A stretch of DNA of 62,615 bases, the filler included, from Hausera hauseri (taxonomy: Eukaryota): the NCBI GenBank assembly GCA_046269625.1. It is 12 parts of 12 records of this genome, joined end to end, with 100 filler letters (N's around TTAATTAATTAA, not from the genome) between each part and the next. Parts side by side here need not be neighbours in the genome. Positions count along the whole stretch, not along the records: positions 1 to 4,009 come from JBJURY010823307.1; positions 4,110 to 13,606 come from JBJURY010357709.1; 10 more parts are not named here. One strand, written 5' to 3'. The notes beneath the pieces are model-generated. The model worked only from the letters and a program-made list of their open reading frames with translations, did not search any database and was not told the DNA's origin. The position numbers and the translations under genes are program-made. Positions 1 through 12,364 of the stretch are shown piece after piece. The stretch's first letter is position 1. Every line of letters begins with the position of its first letter.

Positions 1-310
1 ATATTTTCTGTCATCACCTGTTGAATTTTTAATTTACTGGCAGATATTTCATCTTGCAATCTGAATACATTCATTTCCGAATCATTCCACAACCCACAAG
101 ATCTATCAAACGTTCTTCTATTCATATCACTGTAATTTTCCTTCATGTTTGCAAAATTTTCGAATTCAACCTGAATAATTTTATCGGCCTGAGCGTGTCT
201 ATTTCATTGGACAGACGGTCACGTTCATCGACAACATCCTCATACTTCAATTCAACGTCTTTTATCTTCTTGCAAAACATCGCCTGTTCCTTATCGTGCA
301 TCAATTGTAT
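1..310 (-). pseudogene. Unidentified coiled-coil coding fragment replacing the SMC4 C-terminal head
   Basis: After SMC4-like AGFSLINLELKE the frame reads HDKEQAMFCKKIKDVELKYEDVVDERDRLSNEID... (heptad-like, with stops and a frameshift). No LSGGE signature or Walker B follows. Confidence 0.35.
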
Positions 311-3300
311 TTCTTTTAATTCCAGGTTGATCAGCGAGAACCCCGCTTAAAATTCCCACAGTCGTTGCTGTTTCAATCTGTAATATTCATCCTTTTGCAA
401 ATCATGAACACTCGTCACGTTCTTCAATTTAATAACACGTTGCATATACTGTTCTTCTTTGTGTCGGTATTCCTCTATAGATGCCAGATTTGGCCTTTGA
501 CAATGAAGTTTGTCCTCCATTTCTTGATATCTAATCTTCTGTACATTAAATGCGTCCAACTCCTCATCTGAATACATCTTCAAAACCGTTTCTTTAAATG
601 CATCCTTTTGAGAACTGATCAATTTTTTGTTTCTTTCTCCAATGAGATCCATAAAAAATTATTGTCTTCTTTAAAATCTTCTGGAATTTGATATAGCTTT
701 AACATAGCGTGGGATTCTTTGATTTTGGAAATTCGATACTTAATTTGATCTACTTTCTCTTGTTTGTCCTTAACATCACGTTCCACCTGGACTTTTGTCT
801 GGTTCTGCATTTTTAATTTGTCTTGCAACTCCGAAAACACCTTTTCTTCTTTTGCTTTTTCTTTGCCCAATTCACCCATCTTCTTCTGAATTTCCTTAAA
901 TTCATTAAACGTTTGTTTAGCCTTTTCTTCCGAATTCGATAATAGTGTGATAAGTTTCTCTAATTATTTTTCTTTGTCTACCTTTTCTTTTTTGTCCCGC
1001 TCCAAGTTTTCACTTGTTTGGCAAGCATTTTTTCAGCAACAATCACGGCTTTGTTAACTTTCTTCAAGGATTCGGCCTTATTTTTCAAACTGTCATTGAT
1101 CGTGTTGATCCTAGTTTATGACACCGACAGTTTCCTTGGTCATGTTCTTAATGTTGTTCGTTAATTCTCCGACTTGATCCTGCAGCTTCTTGATCTTACT
1201 GTTACTCTTGTCGAATTTCTCGGTCAATAAGGCGATTTTCTTTTCGAATTCAGCCAACTGTCTCATGTCCGGTTTCAAATTCTCCAGTTGTTGTTTGGCT
1301 TCGGTAATATTCGCTCGTAAATTCGTCTGCTGTGCCAATAACGGCTTTAAACTATCAGTGCATCGTTGTTAAACACGCTGTCCGGCCTATATGTCCGTAT
1401 TCAATTTGTTCCATCGCTCTTCGAATCCGTTTAACGCCGTTGACAACTCCTGCATTTCCCGACTTTTCTTTGCCATATTCTTCTCGATCTTTCTCCGTTT
1501 GTCATGGGTCAACATCACTGACGGATCGGCTATCTGGTTTATGTTTGTGTTGATTTTCCCTGACAGACTCCTTCCGCCACCGGTGTACGCACCGGCTGGC
1601 TCCAGAAGGTCACCTTCTAATATCACGATTCTCTGCTTTGTTCCCGATGAACTATGAATCTTCTTTGCCGTGATTATGTTATCTACAATGAGCAGATCGC
1701 TCATCACAAAGTAAAATGCGTATCGATATCGACTATTCGAAAATTGCAACATATCGAACACTCAAACAGACTCATTCGGAGCCTTAAATGGTTTGTTCAC
1801 GTCCAGTCTCAATTGTTTATCCAACGCAATGAACGTCAATCGTCCGGCATCAGCTTTTTAGAACATTGTCCAACCTTGGACACGCTGTCGAAATGGCAAC
1901 GTCATATTTACTATCAACAGTTGCCAGATCACCAAGACGACCATATACGTTTTTAATTCTGCCAAACGGCACTTGTTCCATGATAAATTGCAAAGATTTT
2001 TGTCCGGTCTCTTTCGATCGGGATGACTCTAATTTTTGTGAAAGTTCGTTTATTTCTTGTTCAAGATTTTGTTTATTCCTTTTAGTATTATTTAACTTTG
2101 CGCCGTTGTCTTCAAATTCCTTCTCCATTACTGGTAGAGAGGTTTCCAATTTGTTCAGATTCGCTTGGTTCGTTTCAATTTGATGGGAAACGTATTCAAT
2201 ATCCGTTTCTAGCTTGCCTAATTTCTTTTCTTCCGATTTATAATTATTCCACAGCAAATCTCTCTGACATTCGAAATCGGTAATTGCACTCTTTTCTGAA
2301 TCTTTTCCTGTTCCGTTCGGACTTCTTCGTCCTTTTTGTCTCGTTTTTGCTGAATACTTTGAGTTTCTTCTTTCAAGCGCTCCTGAGCAACGATCATATC
2401 TTTATTTTATTTCTGAAGAGATTTCAAAAATTGTTCCTTTTCATCATTTAATTCATCACTTTTCAATTTGGATTCGTCCAGAACATTTTCATAATTAAGA
2501 ATTTCCACTTCGTAACTAGTAATTGATTTCGTCAAGACCTTTATCCGATTTTTTGTGTGCACGTGAATATCGCGCAATCGCGTATTTTCCACTTCATGAT
2601 TGGTGAAATTCTTCTTGGCTACTTTGAATGATTCGCACTTCTTTTCGTAATCTTTTTAGAATTTTTTAATTTCGACTTGTTTTTCAGATTTTTCTGCAAT
2701 TATTACATCCAATTCGGATTGCAATGCTTAGAGATTCTCTTCGTTAAGGTTTCAAATAGCCAATTCTTCAACTGATCAATTTTCCTTTAGTTTAAATTGC
2801 ATTTCTATGCTTTTCCGAATGACGATTTCGTTACAGAGTTTGAGATATTTAACACCTTCGTTTCGAACACCTTCTAATTCTTTCTTCTCTTTTTCAACAA
2901 TTTTAACTCGACTCAATTTTTCAGCACGTAATTCACAAAGTTTTTTTAATCGCATGGACAAGTCTTCGAGCGGAACTTTAAATCGACTAGAACCAATGAT
3001 ATCCTCTAAATATTCCAACAAACCGTCTTCATGTTCAGTAAGGGCTTTCGGTTTCATCAGAGCGATTTGTTTAACTTTTCCTTGCAAAGTCAAAAACCGA
3101 TTATGATCCCAATCAATTCCTTGTTTCTTCAGAAAATTCACAATTTCTTTATTATTTTTCCTGTCGCCATTTATTCAATAAATACTCAAATTATCTTTCG
3201 TCACCGTTCTGGACACGGTAAATTCCGAATTTGAAATTATCTCATAATCTTCATCGCCGTCACCGGTGGACACCATTTGTTGAAAATATACGCACACTGT

Positions 3301-3605
3301 ACAGTCTGGCACATTTGGAAAAAGTTCACTTTTGTGAATCAAAACATTGAGTTTCTTCGATCGAATTTTCGTTGCACGAAATCCAAAAACAAAAGGCATA
3401 GAATCAATAACGTTACTCTTACCGCTTCCATTAGCACCGATAATACACGTGAAATTTTTATGAAACGGACCTAATGTTCGATTTCCCCCATAATATTTAA
3501 AATTTTGTATTTCAGTCTTCGAAATAATCAACCTTGACCCAGATATGTCATAGCAGAATGCTGGTGGTAGTACTCCCTCAACAACTATGGGAGGATATTC
3601 TAATA
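311..3605 (-). pseudogene. SMC4: Condensin subunit SMC4 pseudogene, intronless, with many stops and frameshifts, C-terminal head missing
   Basis: RLIISKTEIQNFKYYGG..LGPFHKNFTCIIGANGSGKSNVIDSM.FVFGFRA.KIRSKKL (Walker A); GIDWDHNRFL.LQG.V.QIALMKPK..EHEDGLLEYLEDIIGS; hinge YGRLGDL..D.KYDVAISTAC and GDLLEPAGAYTGGG; PNLASIEEY. In-frame TGA at 3175-3177 and frameshifts near 2400 and 2260. Confidence 0.92.
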
Positions 3606-4007
3606 TTAATTGTTCGGATGTTTAATTACTTTCAACGAGCGAATTCTCTTCGTGGACAAATTCATAATCTGCAGATATGGAAGCGGATTCAATTCCGCTG
3701 ATTTTAAACGATTCCCCGAAGCATTGATGTAAGGAAGATTCGTGATATTTGACAACGATTGAACTGTTTTAATGGCATTTTTCGACATGTTGATGAAACA
3801 TAAATGAATGAATTGGATGACAGTGGAGGTGTCCGTTAAATCATGTTTTGCACAATCCAATTTGACATATGCAAAATTTAAACTTGCTCCAATTTGTGAA
3901 ATCATATTAATACATTCCGATACGACTATTTTGCCCAAAATCATTATTGGCTCATATTCTTCCATGCTTTCTTTCTTCAATCGCATCATTTGCAAAACAG
4001 TTTCCAA
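3606..4007 (-). pseudogene. LRRC23: Leucine-rich repeat protein fragment, LRRC23-like (ciliary radial spoke), 3'-truncated
   Basis: AYVKLDC..HDLTD....FIHL.FINMSKN.I...L......INASGNRLKSAELN.LPYLQI.NLS matches the recalled LRRC23 N-terminal LRR block. It ends after HP, directly against the SMC4 5' region. Confidence 0.72.
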
Positions 4008-4009
4008 AG

Positions 4010-4109
4010 NNNNNNNNNNNNNNNNNNNNNNNNNNNNNNNNNNNNNNNNNNNNTTAATTAATTAANNNNNNNNNNNNNNNNNNNNNNNNNNNNNNNNNNN
4101 NNNNNNNNN
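4010..4109. other. Assembly linker N44-TTAATTAATTAA-N44; also at 13607, 19367, 23480, 28438, 32769, 37007, 42618, 48403, 53178, 58279
   Basis: The same 100-bp spacer, with stops in all six frames, occurs 11 times. Confidence 0.98.
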
Positions 4110-4111
4110 TT

Positions 4112-4660
4112 AAGGATTGTAAGGCAAGTTTAAGAGAACCCATGTTTAGACTTAGTGAAACAGACTGGGTTAGTTTGCCAAATGGAGGTATTACTACCTC
4201 TCCAAATAAATTAACAGGAACATATCTGGGGAAAGGAATTACGGACGATAAATTTCAAGATACCTCGTCCAAAGGCATATACAGGCCTAAGGAAATTGAA
4301 GCTTTCAGACAATTTATCGCTTTCCCGCAACAACGAACGCTTGAACTAAACCTAGCCATGGCCTCGGTAGTGGCCGATACAAGATATCAGGCTAAATGGG
4401 AATCATTACTTGGCTTAAACCATTATCAGGGAGTAAGTACAGAAATACTCTACAAAATTTCGGGAAGATTTTTGATTTTTGGCCAAGCCGCATCCAGATT
4501 CCTAGCGATATATTTCCTGATACAAATGATCAAGGCGGTCATCCAAAAAGTAATAAATGGATATGAGATATTTACATTAACCGAATTTTCATGCAAAATA
4601 TTGACTTCAATCATAACGCCCTTTGGAAAGTTCTTAAAAGCATATGAAGAGAATAGATGA
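4112..4660 (+). CDS. C-terminal part of a chuvirus (Jingchuvirales)-like fusion glycoprotein with membrane-anchor region
   Basis: DC....PMFRL...WVSLP; SSKGIY..EIEAFRQFIAFPQQR...LN; FLIFGQAAS.FLAIYFLIQMIK.VI..VINGY.I....S.KIL. This follows the recalled chuvirus G pattern (PMY..W; GIY...LR..IMFP; F..FG..SA....I....LIK.II...IHGY). Open from the contig edge. Confidence 0.75.
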   Translation, partial: KDCKASLREPMFRLSETDWVSLPNGGITTSPNKLTGTYLGKGITDDKFQDTSSKGIYRPKEIEAFRQFIAFPQQRTLELNLAMASVVADTRYQAKWESLLGLNHYQGVSTEILYKISGRFLIFGQAASRFLAIYFLIQMIKAVIQKVINGYEIFTLTEFSCKILTSIITPFGKFLKAYEENR

Positions 4661-5329
4661 AAATCAGACGTAGAACGCCATGTCGGCTATCACAATCGTA
4701 AACGAAAAGGAAGGCCTATGTTCTTGTACAAGCGGAAATCTACAAAACCCAATATGCGAAGAAATAATTTAGATGATGACGAGCCTAAGGGAGGAGAAGC
4801 ATTTGCAAAAATAAGCAGGCACAAGACGTACTCTATCATTAAAGCACCATTGACTATGCTACCTCCTACCGCTCTAGTCTATAACGACTGTGACAAACGA
4901 TCAATGAATTCATATTAGACGGAAACCTATAAAAGGATGATTAATGTAGAAGATCCGTATGAAGGCACGAAACGCTACGGAATCCTGCGGAAAATGTGTT
5001 ACCGACAGCCCGTGGAATATCCCAAAATGTTGTACTCTCCGAGAGAGCCTTGGAATATAGAAACTAGGTCAACGGTTTGGGACCATCCAAGGTTGAAAAC
5101 CCTCCAAAATATCGAAGTACACACTAACAATTGAGAACCTTTAATGAGTACTCAAGAAGCAGAAAACTTATTCATCGAAAGCAACGAATTATACCGAAAC
5201 GGAGAGTTGAAGCAACTAGCAGAGTACATAGTATCCTCCCCTGAAATTCGAATTAATGGGCATAAGATATCAATGATTAAACGTCCAAAAGTATCATCGA
5301 ATTGTGTTGGAATAATAATAGAAGGATGA

Positions 5330-8300
5330 CCCTTCGCTAAAATCATTATCGAAGACTGGGAAGTTTATGCATTAATTGATACAGGATCGGAAATGTCTTA
5401 CATCATAAATGATTCAATACCTCAAAGACTCAGAGAGCAGCTATACCCACCGTCTTCAAAAGGTCCAGGAAGTACAGGAGCTTTCGGTCAAATGTCAAAG
5501 CCAAGGTTTAAATGGAACCTGGAAGTTCAAATAGCTGGACAGTTTTTCCGTCATGAATTTGCAGTTATGGAGCAATTAACAAATGACGTAGTTTTAGGGT
5601 GCGATCTACTAAAAAGGTTAATAAATATAGCAATCGATTTGCAAACAGAAAAATTAATAAAAATCAGACTAAATAAAGGTATAATAAAGGCCAAAGAAAG
5701 AAAATTTGGAGAAGTATGGACATCTGTACACGAAGACATTCCACCAAGAACAGAAGTGATAATTTACGCCCAAATACAGCAAGATGACGATCAACGGGTA
5801 TATTTTGAACCAAAGGATACATTAGATCCGAATATATTACATAGCAATATACTAACAAGAGTACACTCCGGTCGGGTGCCGATCAGAATAGCTAATAACG
5901 CGCAGATACCCGTCAGGCTTCATGCTTATACCACTCTGTGAAATACCTATAGAGTATCGTCAATAACTATTGAAGAAAAACCTTATAAGTATGCCGAATT
6001 CCCGCCTCATGCCGAAACTAAGTTTTCATCTGAGTCTTATTGTCGACTCTATGAATTATTATGTCACCATAAATCTCTTCTGGCGAAAAAAGTCGAACGA
6101 ACGCTTAAGGCCAATCTATAGATCTTGGTATTCGCCAATCCAAATGGTTAAGAGGAAAGGTACCACAAAATATCGATTTTGTATTGACTACAGAGTATTA
6201 AATAATCTTACGATGAAAGATTCCTTCCCATTACCGTCAGTCAAAGAGGTGTTAGATAGACTCTCCAGAGCAAAATGCTTTACCACTCTGGATTTACAAT
6301 CCGGATATTGGCAATTAGAAATTCAGGACGAAGACCGTTATAAGACAGCATTTAAAACGCACGATGGTGTTTATGAATTTAACGTCATGCCGTTTGGTAT
6401 TACTATTGGGCCAGCCATATTTACAAGAATGATGAACAAAATGTTAATTGAACTGGATCATGCCTTTGCATATTTGGATGACGTAATGATAGAGTCAAGG
6501 ACAGAAAAGGAACATTTAAAGGATATTGAACATGCGCTGATGCGTTTGGAACAAGCCGGATTGAAACTAAATCCAAAGAAATATAAATGGGCTCAGAATG
6601 CAGTATCCTACCTTGGCCATATAGTTGGAGAATGAGGATCGAAACCATATAAATCGTTATTAAACAAAATATCAGATTTTATGGAAGCACAAAACCAGAA
6701 GGAGCTAAGGCATTGGCTAGGACTCTGCGGATATTATGCAACCTATGTGCCAGATAATTCAAAAATTAATGCACCCTTATATCATCTACTTAAAAAAGAA
6801 TTAAGTGGAAATGGACAGACGTCGAACAGAAGCCTTCGATGAGATGAAGAAGATATTAACAAGTGAATCTGTTTTACGATACCCAGACTTTCACTTACCC
6901 TTTATAATCAAGATAGACGCTAGTAAAGAAAGTATTGGTTATTAATTGGTGCATAAAAGAGAAGATGACAAACTAGAACACCCAATTTCTTATGGAGGAC
7001 ATTCCTTGAAGAAGGCCGAGAAAAATTACTCTGTTGCAGAATTAGAAACCCTAGCCGTAAAAGAAGCACTTTGATACTTCAACGTTTACGTATACGGGCA
7101 GAAAATTTTAATTGTTACTGATCACAAGCTGCTACGCCCTTAAAATGCCAGGCAAATAACCCGACATGCAGACTTAACAGACGGATCGAAGAAATATCGA
7201 GATACAATATCGAATTCCAGTATAAACCGGGAAATAAACATGTAGATGCCGATGCACTATAGAGATTAAAAACTAAAACAATCGCAATCACGGTAATAAG
7301 GAAAAGCAAACTTGAAGCAATAGTAGATTGCCAACGCACCTTAGTGCTGGATAAAGCAATTAAAATCTCCTCAGAATAAAGAAAGGATAAAGTTACTCAG
7401 CAGATTATACAATTTGCTAAAAAAGATATCATACCAAAGGGACGACAATTAAAGAAACATTTACGCAGACATGGACATAAATACTACGTCTTAAATGACA
7501 AGAGCAATAAGGATATTCTATATTACAAAGGAAGGAAATTGATAGTTATTCCAAAAGGTTTACAAATCGAAGCGTTAACTTCTGATCATGATTTGTATTT
7601 AGCCGGACACATGTCCTAGAAGAAAACATTAGAAAGAATAATGAATAAATACTTTTGGCCCAGTATCTGTATTGATATGAAAAATTGGGTAAATAGCTGA
7701 GAAGTATGTGCAACTAAACAAAAGAAGATGAAAAACTACATGGTCGAATTAATACCAATTAATGTGCCCGATAGACATGTGCAAGCCATGTCTATGGATA
7801 TCGTAGGACCTCTTCCTATGACCCACAAGAACAATAAGTATATCTTAACTTGTGTTGATCGACTAACTTATTTTGTCGAGTTGATAGCATTAATTGATCA
7901 AAAGGCAGAAGCTTTGGCCGAAGCCGTAGTAAGAAGAATTATTTGTCGATATGGGCCCCCAGACAAGATACTCACAGATCGAGGAAGAAATTTTACAAGC
8001 GGACTATTCGAGAACATCACCAAAATATTTGAAATCGAACGGTTAACAACTACCACATATCACCCTCAGTGTAATGAAATGGTCGAACGGATGAATGTTA
8101 CCGTCATACGGATACTATCAACAGTAGTGGCGAAGGACCAAAAAGATTGGTACGAATTTTTAGAAGGAACTCAGTTTACTGTTAATACCATTCCACATTC
8201 AGGAACAGGATTTACGCCATTTTTCATGATGTATTGACGTGAAGCCGTATTACCCACGGATATAGGAATGACGCCATACACGGTTAATCTTGAAGATTTA

Positions 8301-8620
8301 GAACAAAATTTTCCAGAATTAGAGCAGACGCAATGACAAAAGTGTTGGGAAATCGCCAAGACGTTATCTCAAGAAAATCAAAAGTAGTTTAAAAAGCAAT
8401 ATGATAAGAAAGCAAAACCACATGATTTGAAACCAGGAAATTTGGTTTATGTACACTATCCCGTAGCCAGGAAAGGCATCTCATTAAAACTGACTCGTAC
8501 AGGCAGAGGACCGTACGAAATTACCATAGTTACGCCGGCCGGAGTATATATTAACAAGAATGGAAAGGAAGAAGTTGTGTTAGTAAAATGAGTGGTCAAG
8601 ACAGAATACGGTCCAATAAA
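5330..8620 (+). pseudogene. pol: Gypsy pol of element A (protease, dUTPase-like spacer, RT, RNase H, integrase), disrupted
   Basis: ALIDTGS (5378); FCIDYRVLN, LDLQSGYWQ, MPFG, YLDD; RNase H DASK and NYSVAELE; integrase MDIVGP, TDRG, MVERMN; GPY motif near 8510. Many stops and frameshifts, and a deletion at the RT start. Confidence 0.95.
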
Positions 8621-10078
8621 CGTTACAATTTACGCCAACGCAAGTTAAAGGCATCTTCAATAATTGTTAGACCGATGTCGTACGTTCAGGTAGTTTTAGT
8701 ATTATCGTTAATTGCTTCTTAAGTTCCGAGAACACAGACTCAATGGTGGCACGATGAATCTACGCTAGGAGATGTATACGAAATTCGAAAGAGTGGAATG
8801 AGGACGAGGACCAAACCAGAACAAACCCCAGAAGAAATCCAAAAGCGAGAAGACATTAAATTATTGCAGTCGATGACAATCCATTATTTCTCGCCACACT
8901 CTGTATGTGTCGTATTTAAGGCGTAGAGGCCACACCACGATTTCGGAAAATTTCAAATCGTCTTACATGATGTAACAACAAAAGAAGCGAAAAATTGTGA
9001 TTTTGAACCGGGAGATTATACGCAGTGTTGCGATGTAGATTTTGGACGCACTTATAATCTTACTGATCGCCTATATCTACCGGATTCATCCAAAGTTTAC
9101 ATCGAAATAAAGCCACAATTCCAATCACTCATCCCTACGTGGAACAGACATCATGTAATAAAGCCTAACGAAATGTTACGATCCACTGACCCAGATATAA
9201 AACTATTAGACGAGATTATCCATAGAATCTCTGTAAACAAGGAAAACCAATGCATCCAAGTAGATGCCAAGACAGAGCTAACTGTCAGTCGAGAAATTAA
9301 TATCACATTCGAAGCAATAAAAGGACCGACTTAGAAGATAGGGTATTGTTCTATTCGCGCAGGCGTGCAACATCCATGCTGTAAACTACCCATAAACTAG
9401 GAGTTTATAATAAAATTTGACTTATATGACGTACGGCTGAATAAACCGAGTATCCAATTACGACCTTACTATCCAGAAAATAAAATATGGAAAATTCCAG
9501 TGGGAACCACGACCAAAGAGCCAACCACTAAGGTTAGTCTTACTACTCGGACTGCTACAGCGAGCAATATAACTAAAGGAAAATTGGAAAGCGTATCTAT
9601 TAAATATTCGGCACACCGATTTAAAATTGTGTTCTTTGTAGAAAGGAAACAAAATTACGATATTCACATAAGTTGCCGAACAACCTATAATAATCAAATT
9701 GTAACGTTACTTAAAGGCACTTATCAGACAGAATGCTTTTTGTTAAAACCGCAATCCGATTACATAGTACAAATAAATGCAGAAGGTAAGCAAAACCAAA
9801 CAATTACATTGCGTACCTTAGACGTAATTCGTGCAGGATCGCATACATATGAAAATATAGACGATGAAATCACAACCCCAGTTACAACACAAGCACCACT
9901 GAGATTAACTACTTTCCGATCGTATCCATTTTTTGTACTGTCAACGTTTGCTCTCATTATACTAATTGCGATTTTTCGGTTAGTTGCCAAAAATTGTTAT
10001 TTTAAGTGTCCTAAAAGTACAAAGTGGGAACTAAGGGAACTGGCAGAGACCATTGATTCATATGATAAAATAACCTGA
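8621..10078 (+). pseudogene. Type I membrane protein following integrase in element A (signal peptide, two Cys-patterned repeats, FN3-like domain, TM)
   Basis: One frame from RYNLRQR (8621) through MSYVQVVLVLSLIAS (8675) to 10078, with 4 point stops. Contains TQCCDVDFGRTY, LLDEII..CIQV..HPCC, CFLLKPQSDYIVQINA and TM YPFFVLSTFALIILIAIF. Confidence 0.75.
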
Positions 10079-10192
10079 CAATTACAGAGCGGGTTATTCT
10101 GTCACTGGATAAAAAATTGGTTTTATTTTAAAAATGATCTTTATTTTAAGAATAATCCGTATTATTTATTTCTCAGAATCGAGAACAGCGGG

Positions 10193-11958
10193 ATGTCCGG
10201 GCGACATAGAATCGACCAACGGGAAAAGGGAAACAATTCGACATGTCGAGTTAGTATAGACGAATTTCTACAGAATCACGCTACTATGCTGATTATGAAT
10301 TCCAATTCTATTTATCGATAAATGCACAACGAACTGTACGGAAAAGCTGTCATAAAATATGACCAGGTTTACGCCATACCGAATAATTTGAAAGGGACAA
10401 CGGAAGAAGCTAGAATCGTCTACCTTTATACCATGAGGGAAGATCGCGACGGTAAAGCCTACTCGCTCAGACAGCTAATAAATCACGAAATCGGTCAGGA
10501 TCTGTATATCCACTTAGCGGATGGCAAAATCTATTACAGGCTACAAAACCAAGAATGCAATACGGAAAATAGACGACATTATAGATTTAGTACCTTAAAA
10601 TTACTAGGTGAAGATTTACAGGATAAAGAATTGAAATTCATAGTCACCGCTTTTTCCGTCAAAATAATGATTGAGGTAACAAAAGACGAACCGAGAAAAG
10701 TCTTGTCACCACCCCTAGAATTTCGGCATAGGCCGTTAGAATCAGAGATAGCGAAATTCTTATATTCCTACAGATTGGTGCCACACGCTAGGAATACTAA
10801 AATTATCGCTCTAAGCTGCGGCGAAGGTAACGAGGCGGACAAAATACCGATGAAAATTTTAATCAGGGAGACGGATGGAATGGAATTATATCACACGATT
10901 ATTAGCCGAAGAAAACGAGTCAGAGATACCTTTTTTGACAAAACAGGAATCCGTAAAGAAAATTTAAAAGAAGGAAGCGACATCAAAATGGTACAAAATG
11001 AATTAGCCCATTGTCTGTATGGATGTATACTTAATGGATATCGTGTGGAATAAGATATATCGTTATTAGAGATTCCTTACTGAAGAATGGCAGGAGTAAG
11101 ACAGCTTAATACGCACCCACTTATTGACGAGAGAACAAAGAAACTGCTACGAGAAAGAGACTATTCGATGCCAAAGATCATGGACGCTTACTTCAAAATA
11201 ATGATAGAAGCTACAATTAATAGTCGGACTAAAATTAGTAAATTGTTGACAGCAACCAAACGTACTCAGTACCTACGAGATGCTTATGCCGGAATATCGT
11301 GGGAACACGAATATGTGCCCACAAAACCTGAGTATAACTTGATCAGTGCTGCAAACCCAAATCAAATTGATGGGAAATACCGTAAAGAATATCAACCCTA
11401 CAAAATGCTCGGAACTGACAATAATTAGCTTCATAGCACCAGTCAGAAAGACTCCATAATGCCACTAGACAAGGAAAAGACGACAAATCGGCCTTCAAAA
11501 TCCCCAAAGTTCCACAAAAGAAACAGAGAATCGATACAAAATCGCAAAATACAAAAGGGAAAACTTCCTTATGTGATCGCATATTTAAAGGGACGCGTAA
11601 AATCAGTGGCACAGAAACGATGATCGAAGTAACGAAGAAGACAGAAAATGTCCTACTAGTTAAAAAAGAATCGGAAGAAACTATAGTTCAAGAAAAAAAA
11701 GACCTAGAAAAGATTAAAAGGTATACGGAAATAAATATTCTTAGGAATAGAAACTCGACCGGAAATCAACACTTTGCTGCTGTAGGAGATTCGCCTAAAA
11801 TGCTAATAATAACTGAACATTATAGCAAAGGAAAGATCAAAGAAGCAGTCTTTTACATCACGGTTACCCCAAAGAGAGAAGTATATGAAAACACCTATAT
11901 ATGGGAGAATCCCAAATTAGGAAAATATGTTGCCCTGATTTTCCAATCAGAGACATGA
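10193..11958 (+). pseudogene. Long accessory ORF of unknown function downstream of the element A polyprotein
   Basis: ATG 10193 and ORFs 10322-11053 and 11087-11428 share one frame broken by isolated stops. ORF 11620-11958 follows in a shifted frame. Same strand and A-rich composition as pol. Confidence 0.5.
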
Positions 11959-12229
11959 AAAATTAACGGTGCCAGTAGANNNNNNNNNNTCAAGACACAA
12001 TATCAGAAATACCTAGCAGCCAACCGAGTTCCGGACTTAGATCACGAGATGGTGGTCGATTGGACATTAGTAGCAGTAAGTTGTGACCCAAGACGAAGCG
12101 CCGTGGACCCAAAACAGAAACGAATTCATGGATACTTATATTGAGGTAAAGAATCGTTAATATTTGAACAAATTGAAATTGCGATCAGTGGACCTGAATG
12201 ACGAAAAATGGAAAAGAGAAGAAAATGAA

Positions 12230-12364
12230 TGCCCAGTCTGTGAGGCAAACTTCCAACAAGGATATGTTATCCTGGATAACAAGGATTGCAGACATAAATA
12301 CCGCCGGGAATGACTAGAAAAGTGGACCCTAGAAAATGGTAAGACCACTTGCCCAGTATGTCGA
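12230..12364 (+). pseudogene. Degenerate RING-H2 zinc finger
   Basis: CPVCEANFQQGYVILDNKDCRHKYRRE*LEKWTLENGKTTCPVCR. Ligands 5 and 6 read CGC and TGA, each one substitution from His and Cys. Not in the ORF track. Confidence 0.75.

Noticed and set aside
311-3605. Functional SMC4 with micro-introns
   Set aside because: The stop at 3175 sits in colinear alignment, conserved residues are substituted (GEVEQ to GKVKQ), and the C-terminal head is absent.
5730-5941. Active dUTPase between protease and RT (also 37900-38140)
   Set aside because: Only the degenerate IPP..E..IRI.N spacer common in Gypsy Pol; the catalytic motifs are absent.
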